The notes under the pieces: generated by a model | What the model was told of the DNA's origin: nothing | The model's database searches: none | Seen by the model: the letters and a program-made list of their open reading frames with translations, nothing else | DNA from: Podarcis liolepis | Taxonomy: Eukaryota | Length of the DNA stretch: 64,000 nucleotides | Assembly (NCBI GenBank): GCA_965112155.1 | Contig: OZ218103.1 | Reading direction: 5' to 3' (one strand) | Position numbers and translations under genes: made by a program | Shown here: positions 28,077-40,691 of the stretch, one piece after another | Layout of the letters: every line of letters begins with the position of its first letter | Numbering within the stretch: the stretch's first letter is position 1

Positions 28077-28547
28077 TAAGTGGGGATCAATGAATGCCTA
28101 CTATGTTGTGAGCTGCTTCCTCCAAATTTCTCCCAAGTATGCAGTTACTGTGGTACTTTCACTGAGAACTGCTGCATTGGGTTAGCACAGACAGAAAAGT
28201 GTTGTCTTCTTGTGTCATCAAATATCTATTTGCACATACTGGAAGTGTTGTAGTATTAACCACAGTGTCCTCTCCCGTTCACATTCTTGTTTTGCTTCCT
28301 AATGTACTTTCCTCTTTTTCTTTCAATTCATTCTAGTGCTGTTTTAGTTTTTGATTGAGCTTTCACTCTTTGATCATCAGTTGCTCTTCTCTCTTCTCAA
28401 GCTCCAAAAGTATTTCTACAAGTGGAGTTGCTTGTTTCGTTTTCCATTACTAAGTAATACAGGGTTGCTGTTTTTTCAGAAATAAGCAGTTGCTAGTTTT
28501 TATGTAATGCTGTTAACATGGCATGTGGCAACTTATCCATTATTTGA

Positions 28548-28901
<354 letters not shown>

Positions 28902-29402
28902 TGATGGATAAGACACACAAGGCCTATTCAGTTACTATTCAGTGGGGGGGCATAGTGGAATCATGTAGGGGGCACAAAGACATAAATGCTGTCCCTTCAA
29001 CACCCCCACTACAACCCCACCAGCATCATTCCTGGTCTTTCCATGCTGAGCAGAAAGGCTTGAGGAAGGATATAAATACATTTGACTAAAGCTCTAAGGA
29101 GCCTGCTCACACTTCTATCCTGCAGCACATAGGACTAAGCAGTTGAACCACCTTTGGATTTCACACACACACCAACGCCGAAAAGAAAATATTTTGGATT
29201 GCAGCCCTAACAAATTACAATATTAAATATTTCATAAACAGGGCACCACAGCTAAGAAGGCCCTCTCCCTAGTTGCTTTCAACTCAGCTGGTGAAGTCTA
29301 TGTGCACAGTCAGGCTTGTACCTTGTCCCAAGCCATGAAGGGTTTAAAGGTTAGCACAAGCATATTGAATGATGCTCAGAAATAAGTCAGTGATCAGGAA
29401 GA

Positions 29403-29582
29403 TAGGGTTGCGCTACGTCCTGAATTTCCCGGACATACTTGGAATACTGCAGTTGGAAGCAGTGTTCAGGCGGAAATCGTAAAATGTCCAGGAAAATCTG
29501 GCAATCTATGTCGGCAGTGTCGTTTTTGCCGACTTTCCTTAACAGTAGCTCCAAAATTACTTTTTGAAATATGGGAACTCTA
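29403..29582. mobile_element. hAT (Tip100-like) MITE remnant
   Basis: tagggttgcgctacgtcctgaatttcccggaca...tgtccaggaaaatc...atatgggaactcta; similar to 20766. Confidence 0.55.
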
Positions 29583-31264
29583 GTGAAGATACTTAAGAAA
29601 AGAAATTGGTCCCAGTCAAAAGCCCTTCAGCTGTATTTGAACAGCAGACACACACACCCCGTTATCCCATATCAAAAGATGTGTTTGAAACACCCGAGTT
29701 TTAAAAACAGCTTGCCATTGTGGCATTTTGTCTGTGAAAGGTACATGTCCAGTTCTTGAGATTCTGGTCCCATATATCATAAACATATTCTTAGTGTAAC
29801 TTGGAACCAAAAGAACCCAAACCATGCATGCGCCTAGTTTTTATGTATCGCATCCTAATGGTTTAAAAACTAAACCGTTAAAAGCCTGGGGAAATAAAAT
29901 GAATGGTGTCAAAAAGAGAGAAAGGTAAAGGACTCTTCCTGAATTCCATAAGCAGGATGCCACAACCAAGAAGTCCCTAATCACAGGCACCAATATAACA
30001 TGGGCTAGTTTTTAATCTTGAAATCTAAAAGCAGTCATCTCTAAATTTCTATAAATGAGCTTGTAAATCCCTGTAGTATTGTAGATTTAAAACATGTGTT
30101 ATAAAATAGCTTTATTGTGAAATGTGATGTAAAAACCCCCAAAACACCCTCTGAAGTGTTATTTGAGACCTGTGATAATTTCTAGTTATCTTTGTCAGGT
30201 TGCCTCATTTGTGATTCTATCCACTATCTACCATTATCGAAATTTATTTCAAAAAGAATTGAATTAGTGACTACTCTTCATCATTATGTAATTACATCAC
30301 AGTCGTCAGAGAAAGCAGAGTTGTGGTTTAAATGTTTATTTTAAAAAAGCTGCTTGAAAAGCCGAACTGCTCTCCAAATGCTTTCAAAAAAGCATTCTGA
30401 CCTACGGTGCTGTCCCACCATCCCTTTCCCCCCAGAAATGAATAGTATGGCACAACTCAAACACAATCTATTTTGCAAAGTGTTGCTGGCAGCATGGGCT
30501 CTTCTGATGGATGCATCACTTGAAACCAAGTTCCCACCATCTGTTCAACCCTTTAATTTGCAGTGCAAGAAAAGCCTATTTTGCAATTACAACCATTAAA
30601 AGCAAGGCTTTTGTCATTTAATTGCATGTATAAGCGCGTGGTACTGTGCAGCAGCCATTTGCCGATTAGGGATGAGAACCTCATTACTTTCTTGTTAAAT
30701 GATACAGGAAATGTAGCATCCAGAATATGATTGTGTTTTTTGCTGGTAATGTGCACCACTGTGATAACACAAAAATGCGTATGGGCTGGTGAAGGCAGTG
30801 GCACTCTGCTTTGCAGTCATTTTACCCTTAACCTTTTTCTTGGGCGGAAATACAGCTAAAGGCTAGGATTAGGTTGGTCATCTACCCTCATGCATCTTCC
30901 AAGCTCTCTAAAAAAAGTAACAGGTGTATATATATCGTAACTACTAACAAAGCTAGACTGAAATGTCAGAACATCACTCCTGTGTATGTATCTGGTTGGC
31001 CACTGTGAAATCAAGGTGCTGGACTTCTGGTCCAGCAGAACTCCACTTTTGGTTTTATGTGTAATCCACAGAATAGAATCAGCGCAGTTTTCTTAGCAGA
31101 ATATATATAGATACCAAAATCACCTAGATTTTCTAAAACCATTTCTTTGTTTCTATCTTTCCTTTTTTCCATCCCTCTCTCCATTTAATCTGACTCACTA
31201 TTTTGGCTGTTTTTTATTATTAGTTCTGCTCTTTCTAACGTGTTGGCATTTATCTTGGTTCTAG

Positions 31265-31360
<96 letters not shown>

Positions 31361-32916
31361 AGAAAGGAGCTGGAACTCCTGGAACAAAGAGATGGAAGTA
31401 GTTGCCTCAAAAACTTCTGGGAACTGAGTAAAACCAGCAAGGAGGCTGCTGGGAACACACCTAAAGTACTGTGACAACCTCCACCGAGGAAGAGATGTTA
31501 GCCCAGATACGTAGCTCACAATTCGATCATCAGATTTCAGCCAAAAGGACAGGAGAAAACCAGTAACAATGGCGCATCTAAAAAAGAAACCAGTTGGCTT
31601 TGCCAAGAAGTTGAGTTCCTCAAGTTGTACACCTAGAAAGGTTCTGGGAAGCCTAGATTCCTCCATGACTGCTGCTTTGCATGAAAGTTGTTTGATGTAT
31701 ATTAGGAGATAACAAAAATGCTATTTAAAGTTTTGTTTTGTTTTTTAAAGAAAAAGGAAAGAGAGAAGAAAAAAAATGAAATGTAACAAAAACCACAGTG
31801 GCCACATCAAATATCCCATTGAAAAAATTCCGCTGCATACACTGCCCCTCCCATCTCATGAGATCCCCGTTGTCTGTGGCTCAGATGGATGGTTCGCAAG
31901 TGGATTTTCACGCCTTTGGGAATGTTTGAAAAACTCCATTTATGCCTCTGCCTGGGAACTTACAGAAAGCCCCGCAAGCACAAATTTGCACCAAACCTTT
32001 CAAATAGTGCAGCTGGGGAAAGAAAGTCCAGCAGTCTGTATCTGCAAGAGGCACTTAGCAGAAATGTACCTGAGTGGAAAAGCCATCCAGTCCTTCAGCC
32101 CATCTGTCTTGAAATTCATCTTCAGCTGTGCATTTATAGAGTACAGATATTTTTTTAATACTCCTTATTTACCGTTGGAGGGGCATATGATTTTATGAAA
32201 GTCCTTCATTCCTCTTCTGCGTTGATACAAACCTTCTCCCTGTTGAAGAGATTCCTCCCTGTCTCTGTGTATTTGACAACTGTGTTCCTAAGGAATGTCC
32301 TGTCCGTTTTGAAGCTAAGGAAATTGTGAGTGGTTTAAACTGAAACTGGTGCATTGTGGGCTTCTGCAGGTGCAATTTGTGTAAAAACTAATTGGCTTTC
32401 TTAGTTGCTTGGGGTGTGGGTTGGTTAGCTTTTGGGTCGTTGTTTTCCTAGTCACTATGTGATTTCTTGCAGTAAAGGAAAGAATGTTTACAGCAAGTAA
32501 TACTTGAACAACGTAGACCTAGTGAGGCAACATATTTATTGCTTTCCCACATTGGATTCGCTGGTGCTTATGCAATCAGGACAAATGGCATTTGCATTTT
32601 TTTTCCTCACACCATATGCAAGGTCATGCAAAGGTCGAGCATAAGACTTCTATATCTAGTGGGAAGGGAGACAAAAGGAAATGGCACACTCTACATGCCT
32701 GTTAATGGCTGTTGTCTTTGTCTTTGTCCATGTGTCCTGTCTTGGGTTAGGTTTCTTAGCTGACCCTAACAGCCCATTTCTTAGTGATCAGTTGAAGGCT
32801 GGTGTCTGTGAGTTGTTGTTGTTGTTCCTTTTTTAAAAAAGAAAAAGACCAAAGCTTTCTTGTCCCTTTCGAGAGTGCCAAGTAGCAGGTGGGATGCTGT
32901 AAATATTTCTCTCTGT

Positions 32917-32922
32917 AATAAA
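32917..32922 (+). terminator. Candidate proximal polyadenylation signal
   Basis: ctgtaaatatttctctctgtAATAAAtattgatatttgtg: AATAAA preceded by two TGTA motifs, ~1.55 kb after the stop codon. Confidence 0.35.
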
Positions 32923-33426
32923 TATTGATATTTGTGCAGGCTGCAGCTAAGAAGGGTGACTGGGGCAAGACAATTAGGCCTAATGGAAGGCAAGATTATC
33001 GACCACACAGTTTCAGATCCCGTGACTGGAATCTGAGTCGGATTTGAGGGAAGTAGAATGGTTCCCTCAAGCGAGGTCTAGGAAGAAGCTGGTTGTGACA
33101 CCAGCATGTATGACCATTCTGACTGTGCCACCACCTCCCAAACTGTATAGCATTTTCAGCATAAGACAATTAAATGTCTAGGGTTTAAAACAGCTGCTCT
33201 TGATGGATTCAGTGGATACTATCGCCTGCTCGTTATAGGTTGCCAGAGCACCAGTACTGTACTGGAAAACCTAAAGGTGTCTGGGGAGGAGTTGTCATGA
33301 AGTAACCATTTAGTAACTTTGTATAGCTGTTTGATGAAGGGAATTCTCAGAATCAGGAAAAACAAGGGAGGAATTCAACATTGTGCTAAGCTGAAAATTT
33401 GCTCTCTTCCCCCTGCACACTGTTCT

Positions 33427-33429
<3 letters not shown>

Positions 33430-33467
<38 letters not shown>
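33430..33467. repeat. (CA)n microsatellite in the putative 3'UTR
   Basis: 19 AC units. Confidence 0.95.
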
Positions 33468-33469
<2 letters not shown>

Positions 33470-33726
33470 AATCAGTTTTGGGGAGGACAGTGGCAAGCAT
33501 GGGGAGGAGAGGGTTAAAGCCATGTTGCACAAGTGGAAGTCATTGTGCAGTGCTTCCACTGACAGGAGGAGTCATTAGGTGAATCCCCACCCCCACCCCA
33601 AAGGCTTTTACTCCTAACTCACTTTTATAGCACCTATATTTCTCAGCTATCTCCTGGGCCTATCCTTGCCACATCAGTCCAAAGCAGGATTTAGACTTCA
33701 GAAGCACTGGAAGGTACTATTATATG

Positions 33727-34056
33727 CATGAAGTGGGCTCCATGCAATTAGGAAGTGGGGTGGTACGGGTGGCCCTACCCATGACATTGTGCACCTCCCT
33801 CCCCCCACGTTGAGCATGAACATCTGAATAGGGGGAGCCTATGTTTCTAGAGCTCTATGCACATAGGCTTCCACAAGATATGGAATTCTGCATGAATGGG
33901 TTTCCAAATTGCGTGGAAGTGCACAGGCGTAGAGCTGTCCGTTTGTAGGCTTCCTCTCTTCAGTTGTCCATACTCACTGGGTCAGGGAGGCTTGCAGTAT
34001 CAGGGGAGGGACCACCTCAGCCCTCTTTCCTGTTTATTGAGTGGAGTCCTTTCATG
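33727..34056. repeat. ~330-bp imperfect foldback element (probable old MITE) in the putative 3'UTR
   Basis: Nested complementary arm pairs: catgaagtgggctcca / tggagtcctttcatg; tgagcatgaacatctgaatagggggagcctat / gtaggcttcctctcttcagttgtccatactca; gctctatgc / gcgtagagc; cttccac / gtggaag. Confidence 0.75.
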
Positions 34057-36104
34057 AGTAGGCTCATACATTATTAAGATCCTGTTCAGCATATGAGGAA
34101 GGAGCATCTTCTCTGGTAGAGCAGACACTTCTTGCCACTAAATGGCTTGGGCAGCCATGCCACTACCCCTATTTCCTATAGTGAGAGATGGAGCTGCTTC
34201 CACAGAAGGCTGAGGGTGAGTGGGTTGCACGTTAAATCCCTTACTCAGTGAGAATTCCCAATTTTTACTTTCTAATCATTATCCTGAATGCTGCCAGCAA
34301 AAGGATAAAGGAAAGGAGCAACTTGCTGCTTTAATTATAATTCATTAAAAGCTGTGCCAAGCCCACTTTCCCCCTGATAATTCACTTTCATAAGTTTCCC
34401 TGGGCCCTATTAATAGCCTGAAAGAAATACTAATGACTGACCTTGTGCAATAAGCCAAAGCCTTTGACATTCACAGCAGCCAAAGCTTTGCAGCCAGAAA
34501 GCTCTGATTTACATTGACTTGGCAGGAACAGGGACCAGGAGCCAAATGAATGGAGGCATCTCAGAATAAGGGCAGCTTGGTTTCCAGAGCGTTACCTCTG
34601 TACTGTCTGGCAGTGTGAGTTTGATTGCAAGAGCAGATTTGTCTCCTCTGTTCCTGAACTTAATTGTTAATGTTTAACAGCCAATTTTTGTTAAAAGAAT
34701 TTCCACTTCAACCAATTACAGGTACTTCACAATTAGATCATGTTAGGTCTCCTTCAGTGCACTTTCATTTTTATTGGTTTTCACTTTTTACAGATGTTCT
34801 GTATGGGTGTACCTTCATCTTTCCAAACTGGGGCTGCAGTTTCTTGAGTATTTAATCAAAAGTAGAGGAAGAGGTAACTCACCCAGAGGTACTATCTAGA
34901 AGGGGTGGGTAACACTAGAGTTGCTGGTTTAGGTTGTGTAGCCATCTAGTGTCAAAATGCACATCAATTGGCTTGATCCTTTTGTTGTTAGCAGGTGTCA
35001 GGCATGCTGATTCAGGCACTGTCTGCAAGTGGCCCCTAACTATAAGCATTGCTTCCTACAGTTACACTTTTCCATTGTATACTGATGACCTCCACACACA
35101 GTTTTTAAGGCTGGAAGGGATCTCCTGTGTGGTATCATTTCTTCTAGTATTTTCTGCCCTCTGGCTGGATGAAATTTATCTAAAGCTAAACTGGGAATAC
35201 ATGTCATTCTCAAATTTCTGCTCCACAATTAAATAAATATGGGAACCAAACGGCTACCAAACAGTCCAGTTGTGGCTGCTTCATAGCCTGATTCATGGAT
35301 GGCTTTAGTATGGTGGGGTAAGATTCAAATACTGTTTTTCTTTGGACAGCAGCAGGGTTTGAGCATTTAAAAGCCGTTGCATTTGCCTTAGGTGACATTC
35401 CCTATCTGTGTCAGTGACTCCTTCCCCTGATGTTTGAGTCCCAGCCTGCTCTGTTTCAGGTGTTTTCACATCAAAGCCAGAGACGTCATTTCTGGAATTT
35501 CTGTGCCTAGCACGGCCGTTTGAATAATTCCATTTAATCTTCCATTGATGAGTGCTATCCAGAGCCATCAAAGAGCCCACTGCAAGGGGTAGTGATGTGC
35601 TAATCAAATGCTTCTTTCCTTTGAAGGCCTTCGTTTTTAAAAAATAAAATAAAATTCCATCTAGTTAGCACACTTGCCTGCCCCTGCTGTAGTGGGGGGT
35701 TTTTTTCCCTCCTCCCAGCACTAAAATTCTGCATCCGCATCACTTGCCAAAGCAATGGACCCTTCTGTCAGTAATAGGTTCCATGATCATTTAGAGTGTG
35801 GTAGAAGGGGTAAACAGCTAAAGTGCTACAGCTGTTCTGAGCAGAGCCTCTGGCTAAATTAACAATTTGTGTTGCAAAAATGTTTATAATTTAATTTATT
35901 TAAAACAGGTTTAGGTCACCTTAAAAGATAGAAACCCTCTCAAAGTGGTAAAAACAAGGTAGAATCAAATACAGTACAGTCACAGTCTGAAAATACATAA
36001 TAAAGGCCAGCAGTAGTTAAAAAACAACAACAATACCCGTCTGACCCAAAATTACACATATTGAACCAGCTACTGAACCATGAAACAGCCAAAGGAAATA
36101 TCTC

Positions 36105-36640
36105 ATGTAAAAGCCAGGTCTTTAATGTGCTCCAAAAAGCCTGTAACAATTAAGTCTTCCCAGTGGCGATGTATGCCAGCAGTGCGGGGCCACTGCAGAA
36201 GATGCTCTCTCCTAAGAAGGGTGGTTGGTGATCATAACATGTAGGCAGGCTGTTATGAATGAAGGTGGTCCTTTGGTTGACTCAGCCCCAAACTTTCTTA
36301 ATGCTTTAAAAATTAAAAACAGCACTTTAAATTGGGATCAGAAATGCACAGGCAGCCAGTTCAGCTGTTGCCATGTGTCACCTGAATTGACCACCTGGCT
36401 TCCACCAGAACCTGAATACCGTAGTTACATTTTGCAGTAGCTGAAGTTTCTGAACTCTCTGCAAATGCAATCCTACAAACAACACAGATGCAACTAGTAC
36501 ACATATCTAGATGGGCTGCTGTGCCAACAGCTACCCTAAGCTGGCAAAGAGCATACCAACCCACCTCAGCCACCTAAGCTTCCCTATTTAGTGCCTATTT
36601 AGTGTGGACTTTGCTCTTAAAAGGGAGTGCAGCCCCATCT
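36105..36640 (-). mobile_element. Degraded L2-like LINE fragment in the putative 3'UTR
   Basis: ctttaaaaattaaaaacagcactttaaattgggatcagaaa...ggcagccagttcag and cattttgcagtagctgaagtttctgaactctctgcaaa resemble the reverse complement of the L2 region seen at 10010. Confidence 0.6.
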
Positions 36641-38576
36641 AAGCTCCTTCCAAAATAGTCTATTTCCCTATTTGTCGTACCTCCATGTTTTCTAGACTCA
36701 GTATCATTGTCATGGGCTGACATCATAAAGTAGGACTTTTTATCAAAGTGTCCTCCCATTCCTTGCGGTTAACAATATTTTGGGTCAAAAGAATGCCTGC
36801 CAGGGCAGCTCATTTCTGCCCTCTGCCAAAGTGGTCGAAGGGCTCCCAGACCCCTTTAGCAGCAGATACTTTGCTAGAATGGTCCCACTTACTCATTTGA
36901 GTTTACTTCAGTTTAAGTGAAATCATTTGTCGTCATAGTCTAGATGAACTGCCCCAAAATTTCATCAGCCTAACAAAGGGGCCAAAGTTTTGATATATCA
37001 TTTGTGCATCTCAGTGCAGTGTCTCTTCTCTTAAACTTTACCTCCCACCCAAACACAAGAGCTGCTGGTACTGTGCTTCAGTTCTTCTCCAAGTAGTCCT
37101 GTTTGTTCACCTAAGCTGCGTAGTGTGTGGATGAGTGGAACTCATCTGCAACCATTCCAGTTAGAGGTAGACAACGTCATAGGATGCCTCCAGTGTGCAA
37201 ATGTTGCAATAATGGAAAGGCATAGTGGCATGTGTTTTGTTGCTCTTGCTTGCCATGCTCTACATCTGGCTGAAGGACTGAGAACATCCCCGGAAGGCTC
37301 CAGTTTGAGAGAACTCTTATTTCAACTTGCGTAAGAATGAGAGCAGCTCCCATTAGCATTGCCAGGTGCTGTGACTTCCCCTTCAGCCCTCCTTTTAGGC
37401 TCCAGTATTATCTACAGTCACCTGTCAATGGGAGTCAGTTCAACAGGCAAAATGAAACAAAAATAGCCTGACCTGATTAAGCTTTGGGGGAGGAGAGAGA
37501 GGCTGAGTGGAGACTCAACCCTGGTGAAAAAGGACACAGCAGCAGGAGCAGTTGGAGAAGAATAAATACCCAACATGAAAGAGCCATTTAAACTCCAGCC
37601 GAGCTAGAGTTTATCAGATTTCAGCATTCCATTTGTACAGTACTATAAACCACAAGCCAGTAACAATACAGAGAGATGCTAACTGTATATGTTTACTTGC
37701 TAGTGAGCAGTCTGATCTTCTAAATAATAAATGTGTTTCCAGAGATAACTTCTCTCTCTTCCCCCAGTTAGTTCTGGTTCCCATTAACTGTTACCCATCT
37801 GTCCAATATCCCATCCAGTGAGCACAGCAGTGGGAGCTAAGTGAAAAATATTCAAGAGATATGCATCGTTTTTCAAGATGCTAACTGAATTTTCCAAAAC
37901 TATCAACAATAAACAGATCTCCCTCCTTTTGTATCTGTGTGTGATGACTACCAATCAACCTCATACCTTGCCAGTGTAATGCAGATAAGGCACCTTACCT
38001 TTGTAGACAGGGATATGTATCAAGGGATGGTAATTTGAGTTCAATGCATTAGCCTACTCTTCTGAAAGAAATCATAGCCCATAGACAAATGTGCTAAGGA
38101 AAGGCCACAATCTAAATGCAGGTCATTCAGTTTTAGAAGATTTTTTTTAAAAAATGTTTTAAAATTGAAACACCTTTTGAATGTATTTCCTTTTGAAAGA
38201 CTTCATCGGAATTTAAAAAATGGTTCTGTGGAATTCCAGTAAAATATGTCTCTGAAGGATTTTGTAGTGTTTTGAAATATTCTTGAGATCTTCTGTGACT
38301 TTCCTCCCCCCCTTTCCAAATGTACATCTTCACTTAGTATATATAACTAGCAGTATCTCACAATACTAGGAAATGAGAAGAAGCATGAGTCAGCCGTTCT
38401 TTCTCTTTTTGGACTTCTTATGTCACTTGCAAATGGGGACCTTTTCCCTCAGTTCTCTCAGAGTGAGAAGAATGAGCTGGGAATCAGGTATCTCACCAGA
38501 AGAGATTGCAAATTTTCTCTTGATACATTACATCAGAAGTGCAAAAAAGAAAGTGCACTCATTCTTCCTCCTAAAG

Positions 38577-38833
38577 CATGGGTAGGCAAACTAAGGCCCA
38601 GGGGCTGGATCCGGCCCAATTGCCTTCTAAATCCGGCCCACAGATGGTCTGGGAATCAACGTGTTTTTACATGAGTAGAATGTGTGTTTTTATTTAAAAT
38701 GCATCTCTGGGTTATTTATGGGGCATAGAAATACATTCATTCCCCCCCCCCACCAAAAAATATAGTCTGGCCCCCCACAAGGTCTGATGGACAGTGGACA
38801 GGCCCCCTGCTGAAAAAAGTTTTCTGACCCCTG
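38577..38833. mobile_element. hAT MITE with perfect 8-bp TSD in the putative 3'UTR
   Basis: tcctaaag|catgggtaggcaaact ... agttttctgacccctg|tcctaaag. Confidence 0.92.
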
Positions 38834-38932
38834 TCCTAAAGCCATCCTGGGAACCAAAAGCAGTGTTTCCAGACAAATTGAGGATACAAATGAACTCCAG
38901 AACCCTGTGTAATCATTTATGCATCTGTAAGC

Positions 38933-39060
38933 CAGGGATGGTGAACAAGTCACCCACTAGCAATTGTTGAACTTCAGCCACAGCCAGCATGGCTGATGGT
39001 CAGAGATGACGGGAGAGGTAGTTCAACAACCTCTGGAGGGCCACAGCTTCCACAGCCCTG
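38933..39060. mobile_element. Short hAT MITE
   Basis: ctgtaagc|cagggatgg ... cacagccctg|ctgtaaac (TSD 7 of 8). Core cagccagcatggctgatggtcag also occurs at ~16600-16720 and 63392. Confidence 0.75.
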
Positions 39061-40685
39061 CTGTAAACAATTTTCAGATCTGGTGACCATCTTGAAGGGA
39101 TTTCATAAGGAATCAATGTAGAGAGCTCCCCCCATAACATTTCAAGGCTCTGTGGTACATCTGTATCCTTACCTCAGATGCAGGCAGGGAGAGAATCTGC
39201 CTAGATGCTGTGTTCAGTATTAGCAACAAACACAGCATCAGGAAAATTTGAAGAACATAACGCAATTCATCTCATCTAGTCATTTGAGACTGCCATTGTT
39301 TTTCAACATGTGGAATCAATCAGGTTACGTAACTGAAACACAGTTTGTTTTCAATGTGGTTAATGCTTAGGTGTCTGTGTTTGTCTATTGTTTTTGACCA
39401 GAATTTCTCTTTTATGTTGTCTGTGTTTTGCCTTCTTGTCTGTGTATTTCCCCCCTTCGCAGATGAAACCTGATGAGGGTCTGAGTCTGAAAAATACATT
39501 TATACCAATAAACAAGCAGAAGTGTGGACACTTTAAACCTTCCATATCTTTTGTTTTGTCTTGTTACAAGGCATGTGGTGCTTCAGAGAAGTCAGCAAAT
39601 TTTTTAAACCAACTTTTCATATGGTTGTTTTTTTTAAACCACGTTGTTGGCCAAAAATGGACGCTTTTTTAATAGGATACTACAAAATTGGGGAGAGGGA
39701 GATACCAAAATACACTTGACAACTTGTTCATAAGTAAAAAGGGAACTTTGGTACCTGTCAGTTTTAATTCTCCAAAATTTAGTACCATTTCTGAAAAGTA
39801 AAAATAGTTGGCATTTCAAAATTTGCTGTCAACATTCTGCTTAGATAATGTCCCAGTGATCTTGGAACAAGATATTGGAAGGTTTACAGGGACCGTACTT
39901 TGCACAAACAGTTTCTGAAATGGTGCTTTTGTTTTGAAATGTTCAAAACACTTTCTAGATTTATTGTGAGCATGATATAGGTCTTGTCCATAAGCTTTCA
40001 TTGTGCCTGACAGCAGGATGGGGGTTATTTACAACCAAGTATGTTCAGACAGCACTGGCGGCCGAATCCACCGAGCGGCTCCTACCAAGCCTTGTTAAAA
40101 TGGATGGGGGCCCTGACGATGCCATGCTCGGTGGATTCCTTTCCAGTGTTGTGCTACAAGGAATCTATATTCTCATTTGATGTTTCGTTCTGTAACTGCA
40201 CTAATATCAAAAATAATAATAGAGAGGACCCAAATCTTGTGGAATTAATCTGGTGGGATTTCTAATAATGATCCAGTTGAGTACTGTAAGGAAGATTTGA
40301 GGTGGCATGAGAAAGGGCTTCTATTTAATTTGTCCCATTCCTGGAACTGAATTGCTGCAGCAGTCTGGTAAGGCTGTTGGACTGCATAGCCTACATGTAC
40401 CCACTCTACACTACCCTAAACATTTTCTCATCCTTTTCCTCCTCCTTTATACTTGACACACTGGAGTTCTGTATTATATTTTTTTTTAAGATGGTTGTCT
40501 GGTTTTTGTTGTTTTTACAAGTGTTGTGGGGGGGGGGGGATGTAAGAAAGCTGAAGTATTTAAAAAAATGTTCCAAGGGGAAAAAAGGTTTTTGTTATTC
40601 TAATATATTATTGTGTACCTATTGTAAATATGAAACACTCCTATTTTGCAATCCAAGGACTCACTTTGTACTGTTGTTATATATA

Positions 40686-40691
40686 AATAAA
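40686..40691 (+). terminator. Distal polyadenylation signal AATAAA
   Basis: Context tttgtactgttgttatatatAAATAAAgtttactgg...ctgtatcttgttcc: upstream UGUA (CFIm-type) motifs and a downstream U/GU-rich element. Confidence 0.7.

Noticed and set aside
40113-40119. CTGACGA as a hammerhead core, C/D box or SECIS within the 40.05-40.15 kb hairpin
   Set aside because: No stem II followed by GAAA in hammerhead topology, no paired C/D arrangement and no convincing SECIS quartet; the spliced CDS has no internal UGA.
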